Shown piece after piece: positions 63,691 through 64,000 of a stretch of DNA of 64,000 nt. The notes under the pieces are model-generated. The model was given only the letters and a program-made list of their open reading frames with translations. It did not search any database and was not told the origin of the DNA. Origin of the DNA: Antedon mediterranea (Eukaryota > Animalia > Echinodermata). Where the stretch lies: assembly GCF_964355755.1 (NCBI RefSeq), contig NC_092673.1:14170948-14234947 (forward strand), in the 5' to 3' direction. How positions within the stretch are numbered: position 1 is the stretch's first letter; every line of letters begins with the position of its first letter. A program made the position numbers and the translations under genes.

Positions 63691-64000
63691 GTAAACAATA
63701 AAAAAACACTGATTTTGGTTATTGAGCTACTGTACATTCATATCTTGTTGGAAAACTTCCATATACAATGAGAAAAGAGGTGAAAAAACAAAGAACTAAG
63801 GGATACAAGAAAGAAATTAATTGGCTGCAGAGTCATCAGCACGTCAATATGCAGAAGAGGAAAACCTCAAACTTCAATCTCAAGTCTGTGAACTGAACAG
63901 AAAGCAAGAAAATATTCCAAGGAAACTTGATGAAATGACACAAAATTGTACCCCCTTAGTTATGGTACAGTAGAAAAATATAAAGCCAATTATGAGAAAA

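Overview
AT-rich animal genomic DNA with spliceosomal introns; an invertebrate, possibly an echinoderm, which I infer only from the TE repertoire and TAGGCCTA/TACAGTA-rich spacers. I see no convincing host gene, rRNA, intact tRNA or CRISPR array. The window is a dense, nested mosaic of transposon remnants from about a dozen groups: Academ (XPG type), Chapaev/Transib-like, Kolobok (with a P2X7-C-terminus-like partner), Helitron/Helentron, Gypsy, Copia, DIRS, CR1/L2 LINEs, MULE, Sola, Harbinger/ISL2EU-associated and MITEs. Best-resolved structures: (1) a 7.3-kb TAG..CTA Academ foldback element (12569-19873, TAA TSD, arms over 2 kb) inserted in Copia pol and hit by a LINE; (2) a 7.6-kb Sola2-like element (38154-45709, ATTA TSD) that splits one Kolobok exon and contains a nine-exon, frame-intact THAP-Kolobok transposase gene with a GC-AG intron; (3) two decayed copies of a Helentron-like block with OB-fold/Zn-ribbon accessory ORFs; (4) a ~1.05-kb tandem duplication with a small coiled-coil ORF. 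Recognisable TE coding remnants are mostly on the + strand, so the region may be a uni-strand piRNA-cluster-like TE trap (hypothesis). Family assignments come from motif recognition by eye, not database searches.
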